64,000 bases of DNA. Source: Trichoplax adhaerens. Its lineage: Eukaryota > Animalia > Placozoa. The notes under the pieces were generated by a model. The model was not told the DNA's origin, ran no database searches, and was given only the letters and a program-made list of their open reading frames with translations. The position numbers and the translations under genes are program-made. The number at the start of each line of letters is the position of its first letter. Within the stretch, counting starts at the first letter, position 1. Of this stretch, positions 24,059 to 38,856 are shown piece after piece. The stretch lies in assembly GCF_000150275.1 (NCBI RefSeq), contig NW_002060946.1, positions 3,119,454 through 3,183,453 on the forward strand, given 5' to 3'.

Positions 24059-24959
24059 CCTGAGGGTAAGAACGGTATTGAATACGCTAGAATTGATAAA
24101 TTGAAACTTGAAATTTAATAATCGCAAAATTAGTAACTGAATATTTATACAATACATGCAGTGATGCCGGAAAATACCATTATCAACTACATTTTAATAA
24201 CATAAATGATACAATGCTTCAATAACAGCTTACGTCAATATCAAGCCTATTATTCTACAATAATTCGGCATTTTTATACTTCATAGGGGAAAAAATACAA
24301 TTATTTATCAGTAAATTACTGTTTTAGTGTTGAAGCAAATTAATGTTATAGATCTGTACTATACCTAGAAATGTGTTAAACATTCGTACTAGGATTAAAA
24401 ATTCCACTTTCATAGTTTTATTGTAGCGAATCAAAACACTAAATGTATTGAGGGTAGAGCATAGAAACTTCAAAACTGACATAGACTCCAATACCGTTTA
24501 TCGGATAAGCTATGTTATGTTCGTGCTATGATATTTGCTGCTGGTACATTGACTTACGTTAGTAATAATAATTAAGATTTCAATAAAGCCCTTTTAACTG
24601 TGTAATTTACTTAAATCAGTTATTTTTACTTGTGCACTACTATTCAAAATAGATTGCACATAAGGCGTTAGTAACCTATGACAAGTTTGGAAGCAGTTAT
24701 CTTTGTATAGACTGTCATACTTTATATACCGTAGTTCATAAATAAGTAAAAGAAGCAAAAACCCTTTGTATTATATTACCAATAAATAATCCATACTATA
24801 AGATTTCTAAAATATGGTAGCATATCTACACTTATTTTACTCTTTTTTAACCAATTTTTTAAGAGCTACAGTAATTTTCTATAACATGTTTTAAAGTTGA
24901 AAATTGATGTAATTCAATAAAGTGAATAAGAATTACTTTAAAAGAATAGTTTCATTTTA

Positions 24960-25260
24960 TGTGCACCAGGGGTTTCTGACGAGACTATAAAAGGCTGGTG
25001 CCTGAAGATCCCTTTTTAGTTAGTTAGTCGGTTAGATAGTCAACTAGTTTATCAATTGATATTTAATGGTAAAGACTATAATCTTGAGTGCCAAGATTTC
25101 TTCAGTAATAGATGATAGTAAATCTCTGACTATCTCGTCTACACTATCTGTGACGCTATAATTATACCATAGTATTCGGTCGTTGGAACTGAATTATTTG
25201 GTGGTGATATAGCTAATCTCGCCTCTTCAAGTTAGTAAGTGGCGTTCTCCGCAAGGATTG
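24960..25260 (+). mobile_element. Possible relic LTR followed by a degenerate primer-binding site
   Basis: CTATAAAAG at 24985 followed by (TTAG)n, and TGGCGTTCTCCGCAAGGATT at 25240-25259, which resembles a tRNA-Ser PBS. No second LTR or gag/pol seen. Confidence 0.22.
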
Positions 25261-26937
25261 GCGTGTGGAGACTACTTTGTCACTAGTGGTGTGTGACAAG
25301 TACTTTTATCAAACTTACGACAAATGCTCAGAGCGAGGATCTTTTATGAATGTTATTATACTTGCACTGTATTAATACTGAGATGATAAGCCTAATAAAT
25401 GCAAATGATTACTAGCAGACTGTTAGAAAGAGAAATGATAGTGATAAGGTATATTGATTAGGCCGTCATTTTATCAATTATTTTTTATTAATGTCATTTT
25501 AGCACGGTAATCTGAATAGTATCCTTTATATTATCTCTATTTTGAAATATCTTATCAATGACATAATTTTCGTTCACCAGCTATAGATTCCTTGTGTTGA
25601 ATATATTAATTATTACAGTACTTATCCTCATAATGACTAGGTTTATAATTTGCAATGAGTTCTTAAGGTTTGATGAGTTTAGCCAAAACATTATTCTAGC
25701 TTAATTTTGCTGTAATATGAAACATTTCAGTCGTAAATTATAACCATTCCATCTCTAGGCTTTACAGTATATCATAACCTTAATTTACAAATTAAAACCC
25801 TTATGATGCCAAGACAGTTAGTTTTAAGTAAGTAAATTATATACGAACAATTGCAATTGATAGTACGTATGTTGCTTATTAATTAATTATCAACGTAAAG
25901 GATGTTATACTTTCCAAAATTTAAAAAGGTATGGCGCTTTATAATAATAACCTAGTGTCCTTTTACCACCCTGTCAATAAAATCATGACGACACAATTTT
26001 GATTAATAAATTCCCAAAATAAGATGCTAAACTCATCAATGAACTATAAAGTTATAATTATGAATTTAGGGTAGCAATACGTGTAGTTTGTGATCGGTTT
26101 ATCAAGCATATGGCGAGATTGTTGCCTGCTACTTAGAATCAAATCGGATCTGGCATTCTTAGCGTTTAATATCTGTTAATGAAGATGCCAAGTGATGAAT
26201 ACACAATCATACAGAATGTTATATCCTGTAACATAGTCTCTGTCTATGTACAGTTTTTTTTTGTTACAGGTTTCTGCATTTCTAAATATAATGTTTAAAA
26301 ACGATACATTAATAATTTTAATTAATGAATCGTTGGTAGCAGAATGGTATAAATAAGAGCCCAATAAATTTGTCGAAAATCGCCTTAAAGCTGTTTTCAA
26401 TTATCAAAAATTTTGATTTTTGGTACCTGTAATTCGTATATAAAAGTATATATTATATATATATATTATACATATAACTCTGAGTACTTAAAGCTAGTGA
26501 TTAAGTGAACTCCGTTTATAAGAAACTATCCCTCATATCAATAGCAAACCGCTTAATATGCCATTAATTTCATTAATAGTGTGGGATTGTTGAATGATAT
26601 TTTAAGCTTTAATTGATGATAAAGGTTCATTTCAAGTATTAATCATGTAAAACTATTGCAGCAGCAGTAAGCCTGAATTAAACAATTTTTTTAAATTTAT
26701 TCTTATTTATTAATTTAATATTATCATTAAATTTTAAATCTTACGAATACAAAATAAACAAAGCACTGCAAACATTTGATGCCATTATATATCATCCCAA
26801 AGAATCTAAGGTGAAGAATTCTTAATTTTTGGTACGATTCTTTATTTTCTTGATACTAATTCAGCTTTGCTGGTTTATGTTCATCTGAACTTACAGATAA
26901 AAGCTAATATTGAAGGAATAACTTACAACTACAGCGA

Positions 26938-28060
26938 AATGGATATGCAAGATTATTTAGTATGCATTAATACTTCAATTAACAACGTGGAGTATAAAAG
27001 ATATACCCAAATTTCAGGTTATGTTAATGCGAGCCTAATAAAATATTGTAATTGCTATCATAGGAATACTACGAGTAAGTAATACCACAGTTTGCTTGAT
27101 TGTACAAACAAAACGATCCCTTCTAAAATTTCCTTCTAGTCGACTGATTTTCTTATTAGCGATGTTTTACGTTCCAGTATTTGCGCTATTTCTGGCATTA
27201 TCTGATACTTTAGTTTTTATTCCTGATTATCCTTACCCTCGTAAGACTATTTCTTGGAATCTTTTCGTACCTTGCTAAGATCTAAATATTTATAATGCGC
27301 GTGTGGATTAATTTTAAATTATACCTTGCTTTATATAGCCTTGAAAGAATGTTTGTGACAATTCGGTCATTTAAACGTAGAGAAATATTTATTCCTCATT
27401 TTATTAACAATATGATTGTGATTTAGTTATGTTTAGTCTAGCTGTGCCAATATTAATTGCTATTCGCGCAGAATTAGTATCAATATCACACATGCTATGG
27501 TTATGGACTCCATTTGATATGGACAATACCGTAGGTTTCGCTACATTTTTCGTCTTTCACTTATTTCTATCTGTAATGACAATCGCCGTAGCTTGCATTA
27601 GTTATGCCATCATGATCTCTTACATCACACAGGTTAGACGAAAGGTAGCTACTAATGTTGAAAGTAATTTTAATTATAGAAATAATTTTATGACGGAGAA
27701 CAAACAAAGAAAGGAAGATTACCCTAAAGATTAAAAAATTTAAACCACTTTTTTACTTTTCTTCCAATAAAACTATTTAATGATCAGAATAACTCGCTGC
27801 ATTATGCGGCAACTGACGCAAATGATTATTATTACCATCACGCTATCTATAGTTTGTTGGATATCTAGCAAGATTTGTTACCTCGTACTTGAATTAAGAA
27901 TTATATCATAAGTAAGCATCGTAAATTTAATTGCAAGGACGTTTATTTTAATTGATTTAGCAATTAATCCATTGTTATTTGGCGATTGATCGACAATATA
28001 AGAGCGTTTTTATTAATAAGATTATGAATGTGTGTAATTGCTGTTCTCCGATGTAAGACA
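26938..28060 (+). pseudogene. Class A GPCR pseudogene, subgroup A
   Basis: Collinear fragments in shifting frames with stops: SLLKFPSSRLIFLLA, PDYPYPR, LERMFVTIRSFKRREIFIP, MRQLTQMIIITITLSIVCWIS, IARTFILIDLAINPLLF. Boundaries are approximate. Confidence 0.88.
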
Positions 28061-31000
28061 GGCAATATTCAAGCCTTTCTGTGTTATTAAGAGCATTTAG
28101 ACTAACATAAAGTGCAATAGTTGTTTAATATATTGAATTAGTAAAATTTTTACGAGAATATGTAAGAAAAACAAGGATTTAATATATTGACAACTTAAAT
28201 TACTTAAGTTTAAGCATAGAAATTTAACAATCAATCAGGTATATGTAAGTTTGATTACTCAGTAATTTTAACATTTTCACTCAAAGATGCTTAGCACTAA
28301 GCAGTCGACAGCTTTGAGTGGAAATGTTAAAATTTCCAAGGCTGTGCACAAATATTACGAAAGACTTAACGTACCGAAACTGCTATAACGCTTTTTGTTA
28401 GATAACAAATTTTACAATTTCCTCAAAATAAGACATCTCGGTATTATTCAGTTCAGATTTATTGCCTCCTCTGTTCATTTATTGATATTTTCATAGTTAA
28501 AATGTAAAGTAGGCTGCAAATTGAGTGAAACTTAAGTTTTACAGCTTAATTCAGAAGAGACCATTTTATCATTACCTCATGATGATGATACATGAATTGT
28601 CAATCAGAGTGTCTCAACTCAGTAGTCGGAATAAGAAAAATACAAGTTAACATAAGGCACAAAGTCAAATTTTGAACTAAAGTCGTTAACAACAGTTATC
28701 TTTATTTTAGAGAAACTCTGTTTATATAGAAAACTTCTATGCGTAAACATGTTATTATTGCTATCTCTATCTATTATTTTAGCGTTTATCACCCTCGTAA
28801 ATATATAAACAGATTTTCCTACGTTATCCAACTTTTTCTACGACTCTTGTCTAGAACAACGTTCGGCGACTATAACATTAAGCATGCAATCATAATCATC
28901 GCAATATCAAAATACTCTAATAATAGTTTTACTAAATTTAGTATCAGTAAGTTATCGGTATATCAGCAAATACATATGGATCTTAAAAAACGTAAATGTT
29001 TTATTCTTTGTAACAATATTTAACTTGCTTAAGTTCTACCAAATTGAAATTCTTCGAATAATCTATCGAGAAAACCTAGCTATGCTCTAAATACTGTATT
29101 GTAAGAAACTGCATATCATTGCCTTCTAGTCTTGCAAATAGCTCATGAACTTTTACAAACCTTTTTGCTAGTCTTAAATACTAAATTTAGCCCAGCTAGT
29201 CCAATTTGGTCCACTTTTAAGTTGATTTTGTTTGCTGTTAGGCTGTCGGTAAACCTACACACATCCATGATAATTCTCCTAGTATTAAATTCTGTATCAT
29301 GGGATATACGATGCTTTAGAATATGGCTATGTAAGAAACTTTTAAGATTTAGTAATATAATAATCTGAGTTATAAGATAAGATTAGGCCATATTGTCCAT
29401 GGAGCAATTGAACTTTAAGAAAAATTTGATAGACGCAAACTAAAAGTGAATATTTTGGTAATTTAGAAAAATTTGATTATTTTGTTAAGAAGTTGTTGCT
29501 TTTAATCTAGGAAGTGTCCAATTGTGACTAAAATGGAAAAAGCGTGGTATTTAACTTGAATTTCCGGATCAAAAATTGCAAGTAAAAGGTACAGCAGCCA
29601 TAGAAACGTAAATGAGCCAAAATCTGATACGAATGATGATGAAGTTTGTCGAATAATCCCTGTAGTAAACGTAAGGCTGAAGTGTAACTTTATTTATTAA
29701 TCAATTAACTATAAGTCTGTTTGTTAGTGTAACATCTCATCTCATTAGAGTGAACAGCGTATCTTCTAGATGTGGGCAATGACAGATATAGTTCGCTTAG
29801 GTCTTTGCCTCAATCGTTAACTTTATATATAGTCAAAGTAAGCAAAGTCACATTTATTAAGAAAGCATTTGCTGCCATTTTTGGCCTCGATATTCGTTAA
29901 TATCTAATAATATTTACGACCTACTTGTATCCGAAATAATCACTAACAGCTAACGCCTCTAAAAATATGCATTATTTCATAACCGTAAAGAATCACTATG
30001 TGATATCGATTATATTATTAGAATAAGCCTACGATTTCCCAATTTTTCCAAATAAGCTTAGCTAGCTAAATAAATTTTTCGCCTTCCTCATAGCCGGAAC
30101 TATGTTTGTGCACACAGTAGCGATTTCAGCTAATAGCATCGGTGCTATTTTTTGTGTTTGAAAGTATGGTAATAGTATTCAGTGAAGAAATGTCTCAATC
30201 AACGCAGAATAGTCGGTCACGCCTAAAATAAAGTAGCAGTAATTAGGGGCTAAAGTATCACTCATTGCACTATGGCACACCGAAAAATATTATGAATTAG
30301 CGCATGTTGTTTCTTGTGTACATTTCTGTAACAGATTGCATAAATAAAAAAATTAGTGAGCCGTGGCTGATGATGAAATGGTAAACTATAGCATACGCTC
30401 ATATATTAAGTACTAGCAGTGAGCCTATTACATATCACATATACGAACGTTCATTTAAGAGTCATGATGATATTTTAATTTCTTGTAATTAATTTCGGAG
30501 TAATTTTTACCCATTATATTAAATCGATAATATGCATCGTAGTCCTGTGCATTGTACAAGTGTTATCTTAACATGCCGATTTCCCTTAATTTGGGTTTAT
30601 CGCTATAAATATAATAATTCTTCCAAAGATAGAATATATGGTTTATTTTTATTTAAACTTATCCTATGCTCCAAAGAGGGCAAATTAAAGCTAAAAATGG
30701 CATCGTATTTATCGAAATAGTTAACATGTATTAAAAGTAAAATTAATACTAAATGAGTCAGAATAAATTGCAGTGAGATAATATCGCTTCTATAAGATTC
30801 TATCGGAATTGATAAACGAATCTATTGCTGCCGATTAGCATGTAATAAGTTACAATATTGTCGTGGCGTAGTCTAGAACATTTGTAAGCTGCTAGAATAG
30901 TTACAATATAGCATCGAATGATTATGCGAATAGGTGGTTAAATGTAGTTAAAGATTAATGATATGGTAAAAGCTTTAAATTAAAAGTTGCTTAATGGCAC

Positions 31001-32141
31001 TACACATCAAATAAGCAAGTTATTAAGCTAAGATATTTGTATTGAATTCTATACGCTGAGGACAAAGTCAGATCTGATGGTTTTAATGATTGTAATAGAT
31101 TGTATTAGTTTAGTATATAGCATCTAGTGATTTCAAGTGATTTCTGTATTTCACTAGTCATGAATGACATATCATCACATAAAAGCCTCATAACATAAAA
31201 CAAAGTCCTAATTGTATATTAAAATATTAACCTTAGAATATGAGCACAATAATATACCACTTATAAAGTAGACGTTTTGCGTAGATTGTCGGAAGTTTGT
31301 TGCCAAGGCGATACTAAGTTTATGTATTACTTCCTGGTTTTAGGACAAAATAAAGATATTAGGGTTTGAAGTTACATCAAAAGCATATTTTCTATTAATA
31401 CTTACTAATCATTACATGATACTATTTTATTTATATAGGTTTATTATATCTAAGCATAACAAATAAAGTTGATAGATAATTACTACTGGTACACTATAAG
31501 CTAGCATTTAACTATTCTTATACGCCTTAATTTAATTGTCATAGCCCAACTTCTGATAAATGTGATGTAATCTCAAGTAATTTCACAAATTAAAACAATA
31601 TTATTTGTATGATATATAATTATACATTGCTTCCTAAGCCAGCATATTCTTAATTTAGATTCACTTAATGTATAAAGAAGTTAATTGTCAGTAATACTGT
31701 GGGCGGTGGTAAGCCTTAATTAATTAAACAGAATTGCATTTCAAAACTGATCTACCTTGGTTTAATTTTTTAAATGCAGTGTCGAGAGTTTTTAATTTCT
31801 GCCAAAAGAGCGCTTCTAAACCACTTTGAATGCCTATGCCACAAGTATAAGTTAAAATTTTAGATATTGGGTGCCAATGCTTTGAAGATTATGGCTAATT
31901 TCATTTTAGACGAGTATGTAAGAGATAATATTTCATAAAATGATTACGAATAAAGCAAGCAAGAGTATATCATTAAATAGCAATGTTTAGCATAGTATTT
32001 AGATTGCGTAGTCTTTAATATGTTATACGTTTAGTAAAATAAAATTTTACTTGCAAAATGATTAATTCATGTTGATACACCAATTGTCGGCCATTGAAAA
32101 ATCCCATAGATTGTAAAAATTTAATCATTAATTCTATTTTC

Positions 32142-33518
32142 ATGCATTTAGGAATCGTATTAAATTATTGTCTTTATTTTCGCTTTAGCAGCAATTTTAC
32201 GAGTATATTGAACGTAATCAATTCTAGTAATCCCGTTCTAGATACTTCTATACTCGGGCAAGGCTTAACAGATCCATTTAATGGTACTTATTGTCATCGA
32301 TTTAATAATACAGAAAATAATGACTACGAAAATAGTAGCTTTATTATGACGATACGAGTTCCACGACTTATGATGGCTACTTTCGGGTTAATATGTAATC
32401 CTATGGTACTCTTGCTTTTCCTTGTTAAACCATCACTACTCCACGTAGCATCGTATCGATTGATTTTCTTCTTAATAATAATCGATGTGTTTTTTAGTGT
32501 AATCTGCCTAGTAGTATCAACTACTTACGAATATTTTATTATTCAGTCTTCTCTTTATCAACGTTTACCAACTATTCGTCGTATACTTTGCATTTTAATT
32601 AGCTCAGATTTTTTCATACGAGGATTAAGATGCATCTCAGCATATATCATTTCCATACTCAATATTGAACGAATGTATAAAATAGTTTGGCCATTAGATT
32701 ACCATCAAATATTTATTCCTCGCTATATCAATTTGATGGTTTTACTTGCATTTATGGTGGGATTTTTATTAACAATTGCTAATTGCTTTCTTATCGAATA
32801 CATCCCTCAACATCAATTTCCTTGCCAATGGATAGTACTGTCAAATAATCACTTCTGGGATAAAGTTATATTCTCAAGCCTACTTTTCATACAGCTTGTT
32901 CTACCTATTTTTGTAATCAGTATTTGCTATGGAGTGATAATAATTCAAATTCAAGGATTTTGTCCGGATTTCAGTACAAATAAACCTTCCAATCAGATTG
33001 GTACCTCCTGCAATATTAATATTCGAAGATTCTGCAATACGCAAGCTTCACGTATCGGCAAGTATCCATATGTAGATCATTTAGAACGTGTAGCAAATAT
33101 TCCGCCATTATTGAAAGCGGTAACCGATGATGCGAATTATGGCTTGTTAATACAAAACCTATCTCATTTAAGTGATCAAGAAAGTAGCCTCGACAGAACT
33201 CGTGACTATCGAAGAAGCAGTCTACCAGATAAAAGTTACACAAATACACGAAATTTAACGCTTATGATCTTATCAACGACGATAGTATTCATGGCTTGTT
33301 GGATACCAACAGAAATAGTTCATACGCTAATTCAATTTCGTGTGCTCCCAATAGCTTGTCGATTTTTATTCATAGCTAAACTTCTCATGGTATTAATTGC
33401 TGCCAGTAACCCAATTACTTATTTCATAGTTAATAAAGCTTGCAGGATATTATTGTGGAAAATTCTAAAATTTTCGTACTTATTATTAATGTGTGTAATA
33501 TTGGAGTGTTTCTCTTGA
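32142..33518 (+). CDS. Class A orphan GPCR with expanded third intracellular loop, subgroup A
   Basis: 7TM with NIERM, CWIP, NPITY and several N-terminal sequons. The ORF track starts at a TTG; the first ATG is 32142. The real start may be a later ATG or an upstream exon using the acceptor ttttcgctttag near 32188. Confidence 0.88.
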   Translation: MHLGIVLNYCLYFRFSSNFTSILNVINSSNPVLDTSILGQGLTDPFNGTYCHRFNNTENNDYENSSFIMTIRVPRLMMATFGLICNPMVLLLFLVKPSLLHVASYRLIFFLIIIDVFFSVICLVVSTTYEYFIIQSSLYQRLPTIRRILCILISSDFFIRGLRCISAYIISILNIERMYKIVWPLDYHQIFIPRYINLMVLLAFMVGFLLTIANCFLIEYIPQHQFPCQWIVLSNNHFWDKVIFSSLLFIQLVLPIFVISICYGVIIIQIQGFCPDFSTNKPSNQIGTSCNINIRRFCNTQASRIGKYPYVDHLERVANIPPLLKAVTDDANYGLLIQNLSHLSDQESSLDRTRDYRRSSLPDKSYTNTRNLTLMILSTTIVFMACWIPTEIVHTLIQFRVLPIACRFLFIAKLLMVLIAASNPITYFIVNKACRILLWKILKFSYLLLMCVILECFS

Positions 33519-36500
33519 CGAAAAATGATATACAAATATCTTTTACGAATACATAGAGAATTTAAGGTAAAAAATTATATAATTAGATTATCTCTTAACT
33601 TCCTATTAGTATTATTGTCGAACTTCTATATGAAGCAGTTTAAAATTTGCTATGCAAACCATGCCTGCTATTGTTTGTCATTTTTATAATTGAATAAGGA
33701 TATATGTAGAATATAATTAACGTCTTTAAAGTCATTAAATGATGGCTCCAATTTAAAGTTTCGAAAGTATTTATACAATTTCTAGTATACCTCACTTTTA
33801 ATTATCTCGCAGAATATATCATTGAAAAATTATTAATCATCGATATGACATTTAGTATGTTACAGTGACAGTATTTTCTAACTGTAAATTCATGCTTTGA
33901 AGGAATGGCTGCTGAAATGAAGAGCAACTATCCAGTGTCAATATCATCGCCTATAAAAGAAATAATATTCCAGAACTGTGGTCACTAAGAAATCTTCTTA
34001 AAATGATACTGCAGCAGATGATTAATTTATCTAGCCCTAGTCGACCATTATTAAATACTTAATTACATCAGTTGTCTTGTAATATTGAAATAACTATCTT
34101 CTATGGTATTCTCAAAAATGTTCTGTACTAATTCTTACTAAATTCATTGCCGCCGCGAATCAAGTTAATAACCGTAATTAGAGTTCCTGATATGCCTTGA
34201 GTCAGGCATAGCAGTAAACACACGTATGACAGTATCAAAACCGACAAATGTCCAGAGTTTAGCTAATTTTTCGGTTTTATAGTAGGCATCCGTGCTAAAT
34301 GTATCTCTCAGCGATAATTTAGCATCTATATTGCCAACTCGTGGTGTGACTTCTACAGGGTTTAATTCGTAATCTTGAGCGGTTTTTGTAGCAAAAATTA
34401 GTCAAAAGTATGTATTATGATTAATATGATATTATAATATATTTTAATGAGCTGTTTACATGATGCTTGTGTAATATAATAACTTGTATTTGAAAAGTTA
34501 TAATGCTAGTCTGCCCGTATATCCGACAAATACCCATATTAATTTATGAATTTGGGATTCATACGCAACCTGCTAATGTTTTGTAATTTTTCTCGTACAG
34601 TCATATCAACATATTTAAAGCCTTAAGAAAGAAAATAAAATCCAAACGTGTTAACGTTACAGTAACTACATTTTAATAATCGATTTTATCTGTAATTTTC
34701 AACCTCTATGTAGACTATGATAGCGTGAAGGTCCGTTCTATAGTTCACACATTTTTAACAGGCACTGCAGATTTTTTAGGCATGTACATCTCGCCCTCGC
34801 CCTTTAATCTTTTATTGTTCTAGTATACTGGACTATTTGACACACCTAGTGTTGTTCTATAAGAAACTTATTTTTAATACACTTTCACTATTTAACAGTA
34901 AAATTAGTCTTAAGTGATAGTTGGAAAAGAATCTATAAATTAGTTTGATGCTATTCTAATAGAATACGGCAGATCTACAAAGTCTAAAATCAGGTGTCAC
35001 GAAGTAGCTTTTGTGTTCGAACCAAAACTTTAATATCTACTCTAATGAGTTGATCTCTGTTTAACTCTCAGATATCAACAGTGAAAAACTAGCTTATCCC
35101 CCATATTTGTGGGTAGCAAAAAATAAATGATAGTGTCTACAGTCAAGGTCTTCATTAAACCATCTTACGAATTAGGATAGCATATTATACTACAACATAA
35201 CTGAAACTCTACTCATAAGAATAATATTCAGACCTTTATATAGTTCTACGATTTTACGCATTGCATATGTATGCAAGTACTTATTTTTCTCGATATAATA
35301 TAATTTTTGTAAGCTAATAAATCTTATAACTCTTATAGCATTAATATTTACAACATATTTAGGTGCTATTTAACACCAATAAAGCTTGTTAATTAATATT
35401 AATTATCACATCAGCTACTTATTACTTCTACAAGACGACACCGGCACATATTTAGCCTCCGCTATCTAGATATTTACTATACGTGCTCTAACTATCAATA
35501 TAGCAATTAACGCTTTGCGATTTAGGCTAAGCTTAGTATTGATCTAGCTAAATTTATCAGACGTCAATATTATTCTAAATTAGCATAACACATGGAGCGA
35601 GCCATGTAATACCAGGCTATATTTAATACTAATTAGTTGGAAATTTTTTTTTATTTTAAGAATTGAGAACTAGGTGTAAGTATTATTTGGAGAATGATTT
35701 CAAAATAAAACCAGACCTGAAAAACAGTTGCACACTGTAAATACTCATACTAGAGGTTGCACGTAAAATAGAAAACCGTTATTGAGTAGATATATCAATT
35801 ATTGCATGTAAAGTGGCTAGTCCGATGATTTCCTTGTCATTGTAATTGCAGTATGAAATAGAAAATAGACCAACCTGAATACAAAAATTATTACTTTACA
35901 GAATTCATTTTTACACTGATTGGAATGCTTGAGATTAGTTGTTATGGAATTGTAGTATATGTATAAAGCGATTACAACTACGATTACGTAAAAGGCAAGG
36001 ATTTTTATCGCAGGAAGGTAAAGTCTATTTCATACGAAGATTCCTAAGAAATTTTATATGAATATTTTATCGATCTTAGTTGTCAGTCAATCAATACTAA
36101 TAGAAACTAATAGTTTTAACGATACCAATTACTTAACTACAGCATAACAATAAGGGATTTATATAAAACATCTTCCATAGCTCTCAGTAGTAAGAAAGCT
36201 AAGGGACTATGTATGAGTAATATAAATATGGATTATAATACAACATGTATTCATCCTCTAATTCTTAAATCTGATCCTCGATAAATCCTAAAATTATTAT
36301 TAGATGTTTTATTCTATGAAAGTAGCTCCAACTTCGTTATAATTTCCAACCTATCCGATTCGTTGATAGAATTGCTTATTCTCACGCCATATCATATAAA
36401 CGCTATGATTATTTTGAATGGTCTAATAAATGTGTTATCCTACAGCCTCGAATATTGCTGGTACCGTTATAAGTTAAGAAAATTAAATCAATTACCTACA

Positions 36501-38856
36501 ACGGTTACTTCATCATTACATAAATGCTAAGACTGAAATAATGTCAAAACTTTATAAATGGAAATCTACCTAAAATAAAATTGAATACCATACTTTTCTT
36601 TGCTGTGATTGATTTTATTTATGATCAAAGATTGAATTTTCTGATTAACCGATACGGAGAGGATCTAATCAAGCCATCAAGATGAAATAGTGTTAAAAAA
36701 TCGAAATTTGTATACAGAATATTGTTGCCATTACAGATATTTATATGCAATACTGTTATCTTGTAAAAGGATATGTATTATTATTATATAAAAAGTGCGT
36801 ACCTCCGATAACTGTTAGAATCGATTATTTTGAGAAAAATATTAAACTGGTATCATATTTCAGTCGGTAGCTCTCATTTTGTGGTCTCTTTCTTCGCTGA
36901 TTCTTTATTACTAGCTAGCAGATTCCCAATTAAACTGTAAATTCATTCATAAAAAATTCTAATACACCGTTTTAATCCTGGAATGCTGCCAATGAGCCTT
37001 CAAGGCTAGCCAAGGGTATTTCTTCTGGTATTTTGTGCTTGATACCCAATAAAATAAAATTGCAAGTTCGTATCTGCTATGGCCGTAAAAAGTGCTATTT
37101 GAATAAGCTCCAGTTATCGTAGACTAAGAAAGAAGTCTTTGGATTACAGTACAATTTACTATAAGTTGTTTCTTGCGTTGCAAGGGTATTTGCCTCAGTA
37201 TCCTACACATTTTACTAAGTTATTGCAGTTTACATCTCTGACTCACAACTGTAACCATGATTCTAGTTAATGAAGATGGTTATACCATAATAAATGTTGA
37301 TTTAGAACTTACAGTAACATTCAAACTAATATGAAGATTTCGTAAACTACCGTATTTAAAATTACGGTAGAATTAACGTTGATACAGTTTAAGGGTAAAA
37401 CTGTATTTGGTTACAATGATTAATTTACATCTATCTCATCCATCGCAATCGTACAGTACCGTTAATGTTGAATAGAAGAATGAAGCTTTAATTTTTGAAA
37501 TAAAATCAGAAGCAATTCCCATGGATAAATTAATAATAAAAGATTTTTCAAATAGAAACTCCTACAGTTATCTACGCGTATTCAAGCATAGTATTTACAA
37601 TAAAAGAAATTTTTAGCTGTACAATCGATGCTCATTTATTTCATCTGGATTAATTGAAGCTAATCACTTTTATACTAGATGTTAATGTACTTTGTAGAGC
37701 CGAACTAAAGAAATGTTTTTATACAGTCAAGGCTCCATCATTAGAGATCAAGAGGAAAAGCAATGCATAAATAAACATCGGTAGCAGCGTATGCAGCGGT
37801 ACAAAACTATTATCGCTTACATGGTTCATTAGACAATCAATGACTGCGCAATTGATGTCTATCGATAATATATCTTTTTAGACCTGCTAGTAAATGCCTA
37901 CTTCTATAAGACAAGGATTCATTTTGAAATCGATTGGATAGAATGGCAATTAATCAAGTTTTTCACGAGTGAAGTCAATTTAAAGAATTAAATCTAATAG
38001 GAAATATCGATCCGTATTGGAATACCTCTAATAATATATACTGTATATTCGAATAGTTATTTCATTACAACTAATAAATATTGGAATTGTCATCATATAA
38101 CCCTAAAATAGATTAATAAATAATCAGATTACGTGATAATAATCTCACATGGATTTTTTAGGGAATGCTTGTTAAGGTCTACGGTAAAAATAAATTTTGT
38201 AAGAATAACAATGATGAATAGATTCAAATTTTAAAAACTGTAAAGCATTTTGATTAGCATATTCGATAAAAATAACGGAAAAAGTGAACTTCCTATTAAG
38301 GAAGTACTTCAAGACAGTATTATTGAATATACAACTGACAAAATATAACTGTAGAAAATAACACGGAAAGACGTGTGGCGATCGAATATAAGGCCGAGCA
38401 GATAGTACATCGCGCAGTTGCTATTTCTTTGTTGTACGATAAGGTCTATAATTCTCGGATACTCTTAGAATAAAACTCATAAAGCTAAACAACCTTCTAG
38501 CTACTCATAGTATTTGTGAGTCTATAGTTCATTAAATTCACGGTATTTCTCCTCAGTTAGTAGGAGTCCTGAAGTAGCTAGTAGCGAAGTTTAGATGATC
38601 ACAAAGCTGAATCTGTGACAACAGAACAGCGATTATGAACAAGCACAACTATAATCTCATATGCCTAATCATCATGGCTGATCATTCGGTTAATAGTAAG
38701 TACTAATGGTAATTGCAGAATAGAGGAACAAACAGATAAGTAGAGTAAATCTAGATATATCACGCAAGCATTTTATACTTAAGCAAGTGAGAATCTCAAA
38801 CAACGATCTAATGTAATTATAAATGGAGATAAGTTATCTTGGACTCAATAAATAAG

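Noticed and set aside
21457-33518. Opsins (TM7 lysine)
   Set aside because: The lysine is at 7.39, not the opsin position 7.43 (K296), which is hydrophobic in all copies.
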